The notes: generated by a model not told the origin, from the sequence alone. A DNA stretch of 64,000 bases from Candidatus Omnitrophota bacterium (GCA_963662715.1 OY759724.1:659136-723135); one strand, 5' to 3'. Positions 1-9,673 are shown, counted from the stretch's first letter. A program made the numbers and translations.

Positions 1-418
1 AATCATTCTGGCCCTGATGAAAACTGACCCGTATTGTCGGATACGGAGCCGGCCTTTTGTTCCAATTCAGATGAGTCAGCTTTTTAAATTGCTCCACCGT
101 CAGAGACGGCGGCAAGGCGGTCAGGATATCCACCTTATGCTGCAGCTGTTCCAGCAATTCCCAAATACCCTTGTAAAGAAAAGGTTCGCCTCCTTGCAGG
201 GTCAACGGGACACCGGCCGGGAGTTTCAGACGGTTCAATCCCTGAATCCATAATTGCGGGGATAATTCAGAAAAAGAACTGTCATTAATAAACGGCTGAT
301 TTAAATTTGTTATGCAATAGGAACACCTAAGGAAACAGCGGTTCGTGAGATAAATCCCGATATAATCCGTATCCTGAGGGAGACAGATGGCAGATAAAAC
401 TTTTTCAGCTATTGGCAT
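1..418 (-). CDS. Radical SAM protein, partial (5' portion; runs off window edge)
   Basis: Manual minus-strand translation from ATG at 416-418 gives MPIAEKVLSAICLPQDTDYIGIYLTNRCFLRCSYC, containing the CX3CX2C radical-SAM cluster motif, and later TLQGGEPFLY (glycine-rich SAM-binding motif). In-frame stop upstream at 449-451. Missing from the ORF track because it lacks a stop inside the window. Confidence 0.6.
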   Translation of the reverse strand, partial: MPIAEKVLSAICLPQDTDYIGIYLTNRCFLRCSYCITNLNQPFINDSSFSELSPQLWIQGLNRLKLPAGVPLTLQGGEPFLYKGIWELLEQLQHKVDILTALPPSLTVEQFKKLTHLNWNKRPAPYPTIRVSFHQGQND

Positions 419-782
419 AGTACGAATATCAGCTTGACTGTTTATATATTAAATATTATTTTTCACTTGGTTCATGAAAGAAGCATGCCGGACAGGGCAT
501 ATCTTTATCACAAGGGAAGATGATGCCTCCTGAATCACGCAACCCCGGACTCTCCCCCCTCAGGAGTCGGACAGCCCCCGACAAAAGCCTGGACGGCGCA
601 CCGATGGACGCCTTGACAAATCCTCTAAATATTTCTTTATAATATGTGTATTATATAAAATAAAAATAACGAAAGCAATAAAAGGAAGGATATTTTACCG
701 CAAAGAATCCGCCTCTCAGGAGACGGCTGGTTTGGCCCAAAAACGCCCGGCCGCCAGCCGGGAGAAACATTTTTTCATTCAC

Positions 783-825
783 ACAAAAAACAGCCGGGAA
801 GACAGGAAGGGAGTCTTTCCGGCTG
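783..825 (-). terminator. Rho-independent terminator after the coiled-coil gene
   Basis: Imperfect 13-bp inverted repeat cagccgggaagac / gtctttccggctg (one mismatch) with a 9-nt loop. On the minus strand it is followed by TTTTTTGTGT (plus-strand a-tract 785-790). It lies 28 nt past the stop at 853. Confidence 0.55.
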
Positions 826-852
826 ATGACGGTCCTAAGGACATTTAAAAAA

Positions 853-2802
853 TTAACGCCGTTCTTTAATAAGCTGTTTAAGTTCTGTCTGCCGTTTCTG
901 ATACTCTTCAATACGTTTATTCAAAATTTCTTCTTCCTGCTTATAGAAGTCCAACAAACGTTTACCGAAATCTGCCTTCTCTTTTTCAAGCTGTTCCTGG
1001 AGCTTCCGGTTTTCTCTCTCTTGTTCGTTCGTCAATGATTCCAGGGTGGACTGCTCTTTTTGCAGCGCAGAGAATTCTTCTTTAAGATTATTGCTCAACG
1101 CTTTCAATTCCGCCATCCGGTCCTCTCTCGCTTCTTTCTCTTGTTCTAAGTCATTCAATTCTTGCGTAATACGCCTGTTTTCGGCCTGCTGATGTTTATA
1201 CAACTCCTCCAAATCATCGTATTCCGCTTTGGCCTCATCAAATTCCTTGATCAATTTCTGCAGTTTCTTATTTTCTTCCTCCTGGTCTTTGGCCAGGGTT
1301 TCCAGTTCGACCTTCTCTTTCTGCAAAGAGCCGTATTCCTCTTTCAACATCTTATTAAGGTCCTTCAATTGATCTGTGCGGGACTGTTTTTCTTCTTTCT
1401 CCTTCTCCAACGACGCCAATTCCGTCCTGATACGTTTATTCTCCGCCTGCTGCTCAATAAACAATTTTTCCAGACCATCATATTCGGCTTTGGCCTGCTC
1501 AAACTCTTTTATGACCTTTTGCAGCTTTTTATTCTCTTCCTCCTGATCTTTCGCCATCGTTTCCAGTTCGACCTTTTCTTTCTTCAAGGAAACATACTCC
1601 TCTTTCATCATCTTATTCAAATCCTTAAGTTCATCCATACGCTGCTGTTTTTCGCTCTTCTCTTCCTCCAGCCCCGCCAGCTGATCCTTGATACGCTTGT
1701 TATCCTGTTGCTGTTGCTCAAACAACACTTCCAGTTCCTCGTACTTCACCTGGGCCTTTTCAAATTCTTTTATCAACTTTTTAAGTTTCTTGCTTTCCTC
1801 TTCCTGAGCCTTGGTCAAAGACTCCAGCTCGACATTCTCCTTTTGCAAAGATGAATATTCCTCTTTTAAGGCCTTATTAACTTCCGTGATCTCATCCATC
1901 CGCGACTGCTTTTCTTTCTTTTCGGTCTCCATCTTGTTCAGCTTTTCCGACAACTTATCATTATCTTTCTGCTGTTCCTGAAACAGGGCTTCCATTTCAT
2001 TATAATCCGCCTGCACCTTTTCAAATTCAGCGATCAGCCTTTCATATTTCTCCTTTTCGCTTTCCTTCTTCTTGGCTAAAGCTTCAATCTCCATATTTTC
2101 ACTCCGCAGGCCTTCATATTCTTCCTTCAACCGGGTATTAATCGTCGTTAATTCACTGACACGTTCCTGCTTTTTGCTTGTCTCCGACTCCAGATCTTCC
2201 ATCTTCGTCTGCAAGGCTTCGTTCTCAGACTGCTGTTTCTCAAAGGACGACTCCAGGTCTTTATAATCCTTTTCCGCCTGTTCATACTGCTTCACGAGTT
2301 CCAGGTTGGTCTCCTCCAGCTGAGTATTCTTCTCCTCCTGCAGCCGGATCTCCTCCTCCTGCTGGACAATCCTGTCCCGCAAAAGATTATTCTCCTCCTG
2401 CTGCCGGACAAACATATCCTGGAGCTCATCATATTCATTTTGCCGTTTTTGAAAATCAGCCAGAACCTGTTTATTCAGATGTTTCAACTCCAGAATTTTT
2501 TCCTTAAGATCATCGTTCAACTGCTCCTGGGACTTCATTTTATTTTTCAAGACTTTGTATTCTTCTTTCAAATACTGCTTGTTCTTTTTAAGTTTCATAT
2601 TCTCTATGGCCTGCTTTTCATTTTCTTCAACACGCTTTTCATTATATTCTTTATGGACGTGGCTGTAGGGGCGCAACTGCCATTCATACAAATCCTTCTC
2701 TGCTGCCTGAACCGAAGGGCTGTACGCGCACCAAGTTATCAAGAATAAAAACACCCATGAGGCCAATAACCTTCTTAATTGCCGTTCTGTTGCTTTAGTC
2801 AT
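853..2802 (-). CDS. Secreted/periplasmic giant coiled-coil tandem-repeat protein (hypothetical)
   Basis: Start placed at the internal ATG (MTKATERQLRRLLASWVFLFLITWCAYSPSVQA-AEK), which has a signal-peptide-like N-terminus and an AGGAGA RBS 7 nt upstream. The body is K/E/Q/L-rich heptad-like sequence in about six tandem units of about 87 aa (LKEEYxxLxKExVELExLxKxQEEEnKKLqKlIKEFExAkAeY...). The ORF-track start at 2877 is an upstream extension. Confidence 0.6.
   Translation of the reverse strand: MTKATERQLRRLLASWVFLFLITWCAYSPSVQAAEKDLYEWQLRPYSHVHKEYNEKRVEENEKQAIENMKLKKNKQYLKEEYKVLKNKMKSQEQLNDDLKEKILELKHLNKQVLADFQKRQNEYDELQDMFVRQQEENNLLRDRIVQQEEEIRLQEEKNTQLEETNLELVKQYEQAEKDYKDLESSFEKQQSENEALQTKMEDLESETSKKQERVSELTTINTRLKEEYEGLRSENMEIEALAKKKESEKEKYERLIAEFEKVQADYNEMEALFQEQQKDNDKLSEKLNKMETEKKEKQSRMDEITEVNKALKEEYSSLQKENVELESLTKAQEEESKKLKKLIKEFEKAQVKYEELEVLFEQQQQDNKRIKDQLAGLEEEKSEKQQRMDELKDLNKMMKEEYVSLKKEKVELETMAKDQEEENKKLQKVIKEFEQAKAEYDGLEKLFIEQQAENKRIRTELASLEKEKEEKQSRTDQLKDLNKMLKEEYGSLQKEKVELETLAKDQEEENKKLQKLIKEFDEAKAEYDDLEELYKHQQAENRRITQELNDLEQEKEAREDRMAELKALSNNLKEEFSALQKEQSTLESLTNEQERENRKLQEQLEKEKADFGKRLLDFYKQEEEILNKRIEEYQKRQTELKQLIKERR
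960..2130 (-). repeat. In-frame tandem repeat of about 261 bp (about 87-aa units) inside the coiled-coil gene
   Basis: The protein units LKEEY...KQxRMDEL...LNKM recur about six times. The periodicity is visible in the DNA as ttcttcctcctg / tttcagttcgac-type motifs repeating at the same spacing. Confidence 0.5.
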
Positions 2803-3090
2803 ACGATTCTCCTCAATTAACGTTTTAGTTAGGAAAGACATATTAATAGTATTCAATAAAACAAAATAAAATGTCAAGAGGACAGACTAGGACTATATAG
2901 GACATTTAATATACTACTAATACTATTTTACAAAAAAAAGCTCTTCAAAAAACATAACATCAATATCTACAGCATGTTACACATCTAAAAGGCCCTGTCC
3001 AGAGAAAAATTATTTCTCTTTACTTGGAAACTTTTAATAATTATCATAATAAATTAAGGATTCCGGCAATCTCCCGGGAAAAACAGGCAC

Positions 3091-3717
3091 ATGGACAAAA
3101 TAAACACGCCCAAAGTATCGAGCTATCAAACAGTCATAAACTCCATCGAGGATGATTATGATACGTATCAATGGTTCGGCTATCTGCTGTGGCAAGAACA
3201 ACCCAAAACTCTCCTCTGTGAGGCTGCCGGCATAGATCGCCTTTATTCAAACCTGGCCGACAAAGAAAGGAACGAACTTTTAGGAAGAACGGTCATCTTT
3301 ATTTTAGTGTATGTTTTTATTCGAACCCAGATGGCATACATGGCCCTGCCCGTTTTACCGCTTTGCCTCGGTTTGTTCTTCTTAAAGAAGGGGAAAAAAG
3401 AAATCATTATAAAGCTTTCTTCGTTGTTCCTGCAACAGGAATTTTCCCAAGACATCTTTGGACAAAAAACCTTATACCAACTGGCGGAAATCATAAGCAA
3501 AAAATATCACACGACATCTTTAGTTGATGTCATTTTCTTTAATGAGAATTTCTTCAGATTATTCCTCATAGGCATTTTTCTCCTTTTTGTCTCTCCTTTT
3601 ATCTTCGTCAACATTTTTGATAACCTGCTTGTCATCATTCTTTTTATGTTTTTCATCAAATCCATCGTCACCAGCCGATGGACATATCGGCACCCCAAAC
3701 TGATGCGGCTTATATGA
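3091..3717 (+). CDS. Hypothetical membrane protein
   Basis: 208-aa ORF with an ATG start and several hydrophobic segments (FILVYVFIRT, LPVLPLCLGLFF, LFLIGIFLLFVSPFIFV, LLVIILFMFFI). No recognisable motif. It is convergent with the downstream rSAM gene. Confidence 0.4.
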   Translation: MDKINTPKVSSYQTVINSIEDDYDTYQWFGYLLWQEQPKTLLCEAAGIDRLYSNLADKERNELLGRTVIFILVYVFIRTQMAYMALPVLPLCLGLFFLKKGKKEIIIKLSSLFLQQEFSQDIFGQKTLYQLAEIISKKYHTTSLVDVIFFNENFFRLFLIGIFLLFVSPFIFVNIFDNLLVIILFMFFIKSIVTSRWTYRHPKLMRLI

Positions 3718-3751
3718 AGAACCCCCTGGATATAAGGGGACGGGTGGGGAA

Positions 3752-5674
3752 TCAGGCAAGTGTCAGGATGATCTTAATAAATAAAAAAATAGACAGAGTT
3801 AAAAGCCAGCCGTTTTGGGCTGTCGTGAGGAAGAAAAAGGTTTTTATAAGGGGGTACACGTGTTTTAAAAGCCGATATTTCATCCGCCTGGGTTGAAAAA
3901 GCAGTCGGAACGTCGTATACCATTTCCAATTCGCGTTTATAATGCGGTCCTCCTTAAGCATATCCGCAAAATGCTGGGTCCCCGGCATAGGCGTCAGAAT
4001 ACTAAGGATGGTCCAGGAAGGAAAAATCGACAGGCAAAACAACCAATTCGCTATTAAGTGGGCGTATTTATCTGAGTCAAATCCGAAAATGTAATGCCCT
4101 TTAACATTGATCCCCGCCTTTTTAACGATTCGCGTATATTCCAAATATTTTTCAGCCATTCCCAGTTTACCGCCCTGATTTTTCTCAGGCGATGAATGCC
4201 TAATTTCATATCCCACTAAAATGCCGATACAGCCACTCTTTTTGGCCAAAGATAAAATCTCAGGATTAGCGGCGATATCGATACTGCAATGTCCTGTCCA
4301 GACGATTTTTAAGGGGATCAGGGCCTCAAACAATTCCTTGACATAAGCCGGATTTGTATAAATATTACTGTCAAGAAAATGAAAATACTTATATCGAGGA
4401 CGAAGTCTTTGAACCAGCTCAATGACTTCCGATACGGGTTTTTGGTAGGTTCTCCCCTCATAGATGTTGTAGACGGCACAAAAATAACAATGAAACTTAC
4501 AGCCGCGGTTCGTTTCAAGGTAATCTTTGACTTCCGGCAGGGGCGCTTGCAACAAATACCGGTGGACTTTCTGATATTGCTCTTCCGTGCCGACTCCATG
4601 GTAGATGGGCTTCAGACGGTCATTTTCATAATCATGGATAACCTCCCCCCACACGCCCTCAGCTTCCCCCAAAACAACACTGTCACAGAACTCCGAAGCC
4701 TCATGCGGCAGGCTGGCCACATGAGGCCCCCCCATCACAACCTTGGCTCCGTGGCGTTTATACTCTTTGGCAATCTTGTATGCTTCAAAACTGTTTGAAG
4801 TGTAGCATGTTATGGCCACAAGAACATCGGCTTTATAATATCTTCTGCGCCAGAAAACCCGGGAAAAGGTTCTCACTCGATATTCCGGAGGCGTCAAAGC
4901 CTTCAGCACGGTAAAAACCGGAGGATAAAATCGCAGGGCAAAGGAAGCCATGCTTTCAAAGAAAGATCCACCGCCGAAAGGGTTGATCAGAATAAGTTCT
5001 TTGGAGGAATGATAGCGGCGCCCGACGGTGGGATATCCGCTCAGGATAAATTTTGTCGATAGGACAAAAATCAGCAAAAGAACATATTGGGAAAGGAGAA
5101 CCAGGACATCAGACAGAACATACGCCTTCATCCGGACAAAAGACTGACAAGACAAAATCCCGATATAAATGACATATAAGACCACCGGGGGGACCGTCCG
5201 TTCAAGACAAAACCGCCCCGGCCGCCATTTCACGCGGGTATCTGCTTTATACTTTTTCCGGATCATATACAAACTAAGCCAAACCAGCAGCAGCCCGTCA
5301 AGTCCTCCTCCGAGCAAGTTCAGGTTCCAGTCAGGATTTACGGCATAAAACAGAAATAACAGGAAAAATTTCCCGAAATGGATAAACAGGTAAAAGAGCA
5401 GAAAATCCCGGACATTCCGCCAGAAATCCTTGACCGAGACACAATACTTCTCCCCGGAGCACAACTCTACCAGAGCGCCGTAAAGGCCGCTTCCCAGGAC
5501 AAACTTCAACGCGTGCCCGGAGATGATAATGAGGAAGGCGTGAGTCTCGACCGCATGTTGGGGAAAATAAGAACCGCGGATATAGACCTCGGCAAAAAAA
5601 AGCAACATGACGGCGGAAATATAGGAATGAAGAATTGCGGAAGCCGACTGTAGTGACGAGAGGAATTTTTTCAT
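3752..5674 (-). CDS. B12-binding (class B) radical SAM enzyme with N-terminal polytopic membrane domain
   Basis: The N-terminal roughly 250 aa is strongly hydrophobic with multiple TM segments. It is followed by a Rossmann-like B12-binding-type segment (VLVAITCYTSNSFEAYKIAKEYKRHGAKVVMGGPHVAS) and the radical-SAM motif CKFHCYFC (CX3CX2C). ATG start at 5674. Confidence 0.7.
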   Translation of the reverse strand: MKKFLSSLQSASAILHSYISAVMLLFFAEVYIRGSYFPQHAVETHAFLIIISGHALKFVLGSGLYGALVELCSGEKYCVSVKDFWRNVRDFLLFYLFIHFGKFFLLFLFYAVNPDWNLNLLGGGLDGLLLVWLSLYMIRKKYKADTRVKWRPGRFCLERTVPPVVLYVIYIGILSCQSFVRMKAYVLSDVLVLLSQYVLLLIFVLSTKFILSGYPTVGRRYHSSKELILINPFGGGSFFESMASFALRFYPPVFTVLKALTPPEYRVRTFSRVFWRRRYYKADVLVAITCYTSNSFEAYKIAKEYKRHGAKVVMGGPHVASLPHEASEFCDSVVLGEAEGVWGEVIHDYENDRLKPIYHGVGTEEQYQKVHRYLLQAPLPEVKDYLETNRGCKFHCYFCAVYNIYEGRTYQKPVSEVIELVQRLRPRYKYFHFLDSNIYTNPAYVKELFEALIPLKIVWTGHCSIDIAANPEILSLAKKSGCIGILVGYEIRHSSPEKNQGGKLGMAEKYLEYTRIVKKAGINVKGHYIFGFDSDKYAHLIANWLFCLSIFPSWTILSILTPMPGTQHFADMLKEDRIINANWKWYTTFRLLFQPRRMKYRLLKHVYPLIKTFFFLTTAQNGWLLTLSIFLFIKIILTLA

Positions 5675-5755
5675 GCGAGGTCTCGGCAGACAGGACAGCG
5701 TCCTGTCTGCATCAATCGTTTTGCATGAAGACAGGATAAAGAGGCTGCCCTTTTT

Positions 5756-6121
5756 TCAGTCTGTTAAATCTTTGATTTTGGCAATAAGATGTTCTTGATC
5801 GAAAGGCTTGGTTATATAGGCATCTGCTTTTACGGCCCGGCCGATATCTTTATCATAATCACGGTTTCTCGCGGTCAAAAGGATGACAGGAATCGAGTGA
5901 TATTTTTCATCCGACTTTAACTGCGCACAAATACTGGCCCCCTGGATGTCGGGCAGCATCATATCCAAAATAATACAATGAGGCGGCTCCTGCCGGACCA
6001 AAGCTAAAGCGTCGGTGCCGTTATACGCACAGCTGATGTTATACCCGAGCCTTTTCAGCCGGGAAGAAATCAGGTCAACAATGTCCGGCTCATCGTCAAC
6101 AATCAAAATTTTCTTGGTCAT
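5756..6121 (-). CDS. Single-domain response-regulator receiver (CheY-like)
   Basis: 121 aa. Contains ILIVDDEPDI, the acceptor Asp context IILDMMLPD, and the TARN / KADAYITKPF receiver C-terminal motifs. RBS GCAGGAGAAGG precedes the ATG. Confidence 0.75.
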   Translation of the reverse strand: MTKKILIVDDEPDIVDLISSRLKRLGYNISCAYNGTDALALVRQEPPHCIILDMMLPDIQGASICAQLKSDEKYHSIPVILLTARNRDYDKDIGRAVKADAYITKPFDQEHLIAKIKDLTD

Positions 6122-6152
6122 CCTTCTCCTGCCCGGGTTGGCTTGTCATGGA

Positions 6153-7061
6153 TCATTTCACGAGACCTTGCTGTTTTGTGAAATCGTATTCTATTTCCAT
6201 CCGCCCCTCACCGGCATAAATCTGTCTTTTGTAAAGAGCGCCCTTGTCATAGAAATCAATCTGCCGCAATGACCCCCGCTTATAGTACTTACTTTGTCCA
6301 TGAAGTCTGTTCTGATGATAACTCTCCTCGGCAATGATTTTTCCGTCAGGCTCATAATTCTTCTTGACCCCTTCCAGAAGGCCTCTCTCCAGATTATAGG
6401 ACTGCTTCACTCTCCCGCTCTTATAAAATTCCTGAACATTCCCCGTCATTTTACCGTCAACCCATGTCGCCACTTTGGCCACCTCACCCGTGGGATAATA
6501 CTCGCGGAATATCCCGCTTTCTTTGCCTTGCTTATATTCCTGCTCCGAATACAAACTGCCGTCACTGTTATAGGTCTTAAGGACCCCTTCCAGGTCTCCC
6601 CCTTTATAAGTCCCTTCCTCGATCAACTGTTCCTTCGGGTTATATTTCTTAAAAGTACCGTGAGGTAAACCGTCCTTATAAATGTATTCCTTGCTCAAAG
6701 TTCCCACTTCATAATATTCCTGGTTGAGCCCGTCAGGACGTCCGTTCAGATATTCTATCTTGCTCTTCAGCTTCCCGTTAGGATAATAACCGGTAACTAA
6801 CCCGCTTAACCGGCCCTGCTCATACGTGCTGACCGATTTGACTTTCCCGCTTTCATAATAAGTCTTGGCTTTGCCGTGCAACTTTCCAAATTGTTTGATC
6901 CCCTTCTGTCTCAGCCGCCCGTCACGGTCATAGGATTTATAAACGCATTTCTCAACCGTTTTCTGTTTTTCCAAGGGGATGTCTTCACAGTCTCTTGCTC
7001 CGCAGGAAATAGACATAAAAGCGAAGATACTAAAAGAAAGGATTTTAAGGCTTCTTTTCAT
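6153..7061 (-). CDS. Lipoprotein with MORN-variant (YwqK-like) repeats
   Basis: The signal peptide plus a lipobox-like Cys (FAFMSISCGA) is followed by many repeats of YxxGxLxxxxxYxxGxxxG (YYPNGKLKSKIEYLNGRPDG, YKDGLPHGTFKKY, EYYPTGEVAKVATWVDGKMTG and others). Confidence 0.6.
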   Translation of the reverse strand: MKRSLKILSFSIFAFMSISCGARDCEDIPLEKQKTVEKCVYKSYDRDGRLRQKGIKQFGKLHGKAKTYYESGKVKSVSTYEQGRLSGLVTGYYPNGKLKSKIEYLNGRPDGLNQEYYEVGTLSKEYIYKDGLPHGTFKKYNPKEQLIEEGTYKGGDLEGVLKTYNSDGSLYSEQEYKQGKESGIFREYYPTGEVAKVATWVDGKMTGNVQEFYKSGRVKQSYNLERGLLEGVKKNYEPDGKIIAEESYHQNRLHGQSKYYKRGSLRQIDFYDKGALYKRQIYAGEGRMEIEYDFTKQQGLVK

Positions 7062-7187
7062 ATTACGCTCTTCTCCTTAACCGAATTCATATATTATTAT
7101 CTATTATTATCACATCTCGTCTTAGGAAGCAAAGATATTTCTCGGACTTCGAAACCCCGGCCGCCCATGCACTCAACGCAACAACTT

Positions 7188-9452
7188 TTATGGCGGTTCT
7201 GCAATCAGAGACTGAATATCATTGATATACTGTTTATGCAACAATTCCTGCGTCATAGCCTCCGCGCTTTTCAGATTTATCCGGGCCACCCCTTCCTGAA
7301 TCTTAGACAAATGATGGGGATCCAGGCTGAATTTTCGGATACCTATTCCTAAAAAAAAGGCCGTGTACCGCTCATCCTGGGCCATTTGTCCGCAAATGGA
7401 GACATCTTTATTCCTGGCCTTTGCCGCTTCCACGATTCTCTTCAGGGATCTGATGATGGCCGGGTGATGGGGCAGGTATAAATCAGCGACTTTTTCGTTT
7501 GTCCGGTCAACAGCCAACATATACTGGATAAAATCATTCGTCCCGATACTGAAAAAATCGACAAATTCGGTCAAGTCATCAATGATTTCCAGGACGGCAG
7601 GCAGCTCAATCATCATGCCGACTTCCGGGGACGGGTGATGGGGGCATCCGGCGCTTTCCAGCTCCTTTATCGTTTTCCGGACTTCCTCCTTCGCTTCAAG
7701 GAACTCTTCGACAGAAGAAATCATCGGGAACATAATCCTCAACCGGGCCTGCGTCCCGGCTCTCAAGATAGCCTTAAGCTGCTGCTGAAAGACCTCTTTA
7801 TGGCGCAGAGAAAAACGGATGGAACGCATACCCAGGAAAGGGTTTTCCTCTTTCGCATAACAATAATAAGATAAAACCTTATCCCCGCCGATGTCCAGAG
7901 TGCGAAAGGTGACCTCTTTCCCCTGCATATCATCCGCCAGCTTCTTATAAATGACGTACTGCTCTTCTTCGGTGGGCAAAGAAGACCTTATAATAAAAGG
8001 GAACTCCGTGCGGTAAAGGCCCACGCCTTCAGCCTGGTAGGCACAAGCTGTTTTCAAATCACTCAATAAATTGATATTCGCCAGCAATGTCACCCGCTCT
8101 CCGTCCGCGGTCACTGTCTGCGCGCGGGTCGGGGGGGCCGAGGCTTTAAGCCGTGATCTGTCAGCCTCTTTTTGCCGCAAGGCTTTTAAGACATCTTCCT
8201 GGGGACTAATGAATATGTGGCCCTGTTCCCCGTCGATACAGATTTTTGTGTGGGGAGGCAAATGCAGGAGATCATCCTCATCGGTTATGATAAGGGGGAT
8301 CTCCAGAGAAGCGGCCAAGATAGACAAATGCGACGTAACTCCTCCGCTTAAAAGAATCAAGCCTTTAATATTCTGGGAATATAATTTTAAGATTTCCGAA
8401 GGATACAATTCCTGGGCAATAACAATATGACTTTTGTAAAAATCGGCCCGTTCTTCCCCCTTCTCCAAGCACCCTAACAGCCTGAGGCCCACATCAAGAA
8501 CATCGTATTTCTTTTCTTTCAGATAATCGTTCGGCAAGGATTCAAACATCGTCACATATCTTTTAACCGCAACCATAATGGCTTGCCGCACAGGAACCTG
8601 CTGTTCAATCTGATGCTCGATGGAACGGATAAACTCCTCGTCTTTCAGCATTAAAAGCTGTGCGGTAAAAATAAGAGAAGCGACGTCTCCCAATTTTTCT
8701 TCGACTTGTTTTTGGGCTTTCTCTAATTGCGCTGTCGTCCGTTTTACCGCTTCATGAAAGTCGGCTATGGTCATCGTCTGACAGGAGAATGTCAAAGACA
8801 TCTGAGACAGGGAGATGTCCCGTTCATACACAGCAGCCTCAGCGAAAGCAAACCCTTCAGCCCCCACCCGCGCTTTAATAAACTTCAGCTGACTGGACTT
8901 TGCAGAGGCTGCCGGGGGCTGCCGGGGCGGCTCTTTCAACCCGGCTAAAATCTTCGTCATTTCCAGAGTATTCGCCAGCTGGGAGGCGATCACTTTACAG
9001 GCATTAATATCGGCATTTGTAAAATAATTCTTCTGCGAATTCTGAACGACAAGAACCCCGATCCGGGTCTGCCCCCTTAAAATAGGGACGCTCAGGAAGG
9101 ACTCAAAAGGCTCCTCCCCTATTTCAGGAAAATATTTAAAAGAGTGATTCCCGCTTGCGTCCCGCTCACAAATAGGCCTCATTTCCTTCAGGGACAAACC
9201 GGTCAGCCCTTCCCCCAACTTAAGACGCACGTTTTTTGCCGCCTCTTTCTTTAACCCTTTGGTCGCCGTTAAAACGAGCTCTTGCTTTTCTTCGGAATAC
9301 AGATAAATCGAACAAACATCAGTCTGCATATGGTCTGCCACCATTTCGACTGTCTTTTGGAGAAAGGCTTCCAGACTCGAGGCATCTGCAAAAAGGCCGG
9401 ATAATTCACCGACATTACATAAAAGTTGTGAATGATCCCTTTTTTTAGACAT
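7188..9452 (-). CDS. ptsP: Phosphoenolpyruvate-protein phosphotransferase PtsP (GAF domain + enzyme I, PTS-Ntr type)
   Basis: An N-terminal GAF-like region is followed by the enzyme-I PEP-utilising domain (active-site His in GGVTSHLSILAASLEIPL) and the C-terminal PEP-binding TIM barrel (GMMIELPA, GTNDFIQY). Start set at the internal ATG (MSKKRDHSQ). The track ORF extends to 9545, across the tRNA, and is over-called. Confidence 0.8.
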   Translation of the reverse strand: MSKKRDHSQLLCNVGELSGLFADASSLEAFLQKTVEMVADHMQTDVCSIYLYSEEKQELVLTATKGLKKEAAKNVRLKLGEGLTGLSLKEMRPICERDASGNHSFKYFPEIGEEPFESFLSVPILRGQTRIGVLVVQNSQKNYFTNADINACKVIASQLANTLEMTKILAGLKEPPRQPPAASAKSSQLKFIKARVGAEGFAFAEAAVYERDISLSQMSLTFSCQTMTIADFHEAVKRTTAQLEKAQKQVEEKLGDVASLIFTAQLLMLKDEEFIRSIEHQIEQQVPVRQAIMVAVKRYVTMFESLPNDYLKEKKYDVLDVGLRLLGCLEKGEERADFYKSHIVIAQELYPSEILKLYSQNIKGLILLSGGVTSHLSILAASLEIPLIITDEDDLLHLPPHTKICIDGEQGHIFISPQEDVLKALRQKEADRSRLKASAPPTRAQTVTADGERVTLLANINLLSDLKTACAYQAEGVGLYRTEFPFIIRSSLPTEEEQYVIYKKLADDMQGKEVTFRTLDIGGDKVLSYYCYAKEENPFLGMRSIRFSLRHKEVFQQQLKAILRAGTQARLRIMFPMISSVEEFLEAKEEVRKTIKELESAGCPHHPSPEVGMMIELPAVLEIIDDLTEFVDFFSIGTNDFIQYMLAVDRTNEKVADLYLPHHPAIIRSLKRIVEAAKARNKDVSICGQMAQDERYTAFFLGIGIRKFSLDPHHLSKIQEGVARINLKSAEAMTQELLHKQYINDIQSLIAEPP

Positions 9453-9483
9453 GATGAGGTCAAGATGAGAATACAAAACAGGA

Positions 9484-9560
9484 TGGTCGGGGAGGAGGGA
9501 TTCGAACCCTCGACCCCATGCTCCCAAAGCATGTGCGCTAGCCAACTGCGCTACTCCCCG
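9484..9560 (-). tRNA. tRNA-Pro (anticodon UGG)
   Basis: The reverse complement reads CGGGGAGTAGCGCAGTTGGCTAGCGCACATGCTTTGGGAGCATGGGGTCGAGGGTTCGAATCCCTCCTCCCCGACCA (77 nt). The acceptor stem is CGGGGAG/CTCCCCG. The anticodon stem CATGC/GCATG closes the loop TTTGGGA, giving anticodon TGG with G37. The T-loop is GGTTCGAATCC. CCA is encoded. Confidence 0.85.
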
Positions 9561-9673
9561 AGTGCTTATCTCAAACGGGATAGTATAACACGCTCCCTAA
9601 GTATTTGCAATCATTACTCCGGGACCTCTGCCCCCTTCTGGAATGCGATAAGCTTGTTAACCCCCGCTAATAT

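Noticed and set aside
17-253. Plus-strand 78-aa ORF (RQRRRQGGQ low complexity)
   Set aside because: Antisense to the clearly coding minus-strand radical-SAM gene (CFLRCSYC motif). Composition is spurious.
1162-1854. Plus-strand 230-aa L/F-rich ORF, and neighbours 826..1038, 2072..2266, 2178..2507 and 2440..2748
   Set aside because: These are antisense frames of the K/E-rich coiled-coil gene, a typical mirror artefact of repetitive low-complexity coding sequence.
3243-3759. Minus-strand ORFs 3243..3500, 3507..3698 and 3559..3759 overlapping the 3091..3717 plus gene
   Set aside because: They are short, K/R-rich antisense frames. The plus-strand membrane-protein frame is longer and has a canonical ATG.
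4318-4798. ORFs 4318..4599 (-), 4379..4798 (+) and 5378..5653 (+) inside the B12-rSAM gene
   Set aside because: They are fully nested in or antisense to a motif-supported 640-aa gene.
9453-9545. N-terminal 31-codon extension of the ptsP ORF
   Set aside because: It overlaps the tRNA-Pro gene on the same strand. The internal ATG with MSKK has a proper start context. The extension has a non-protein-like sequence (MASAHALGAWGRGFESLLPDH is tRNA read as protein).
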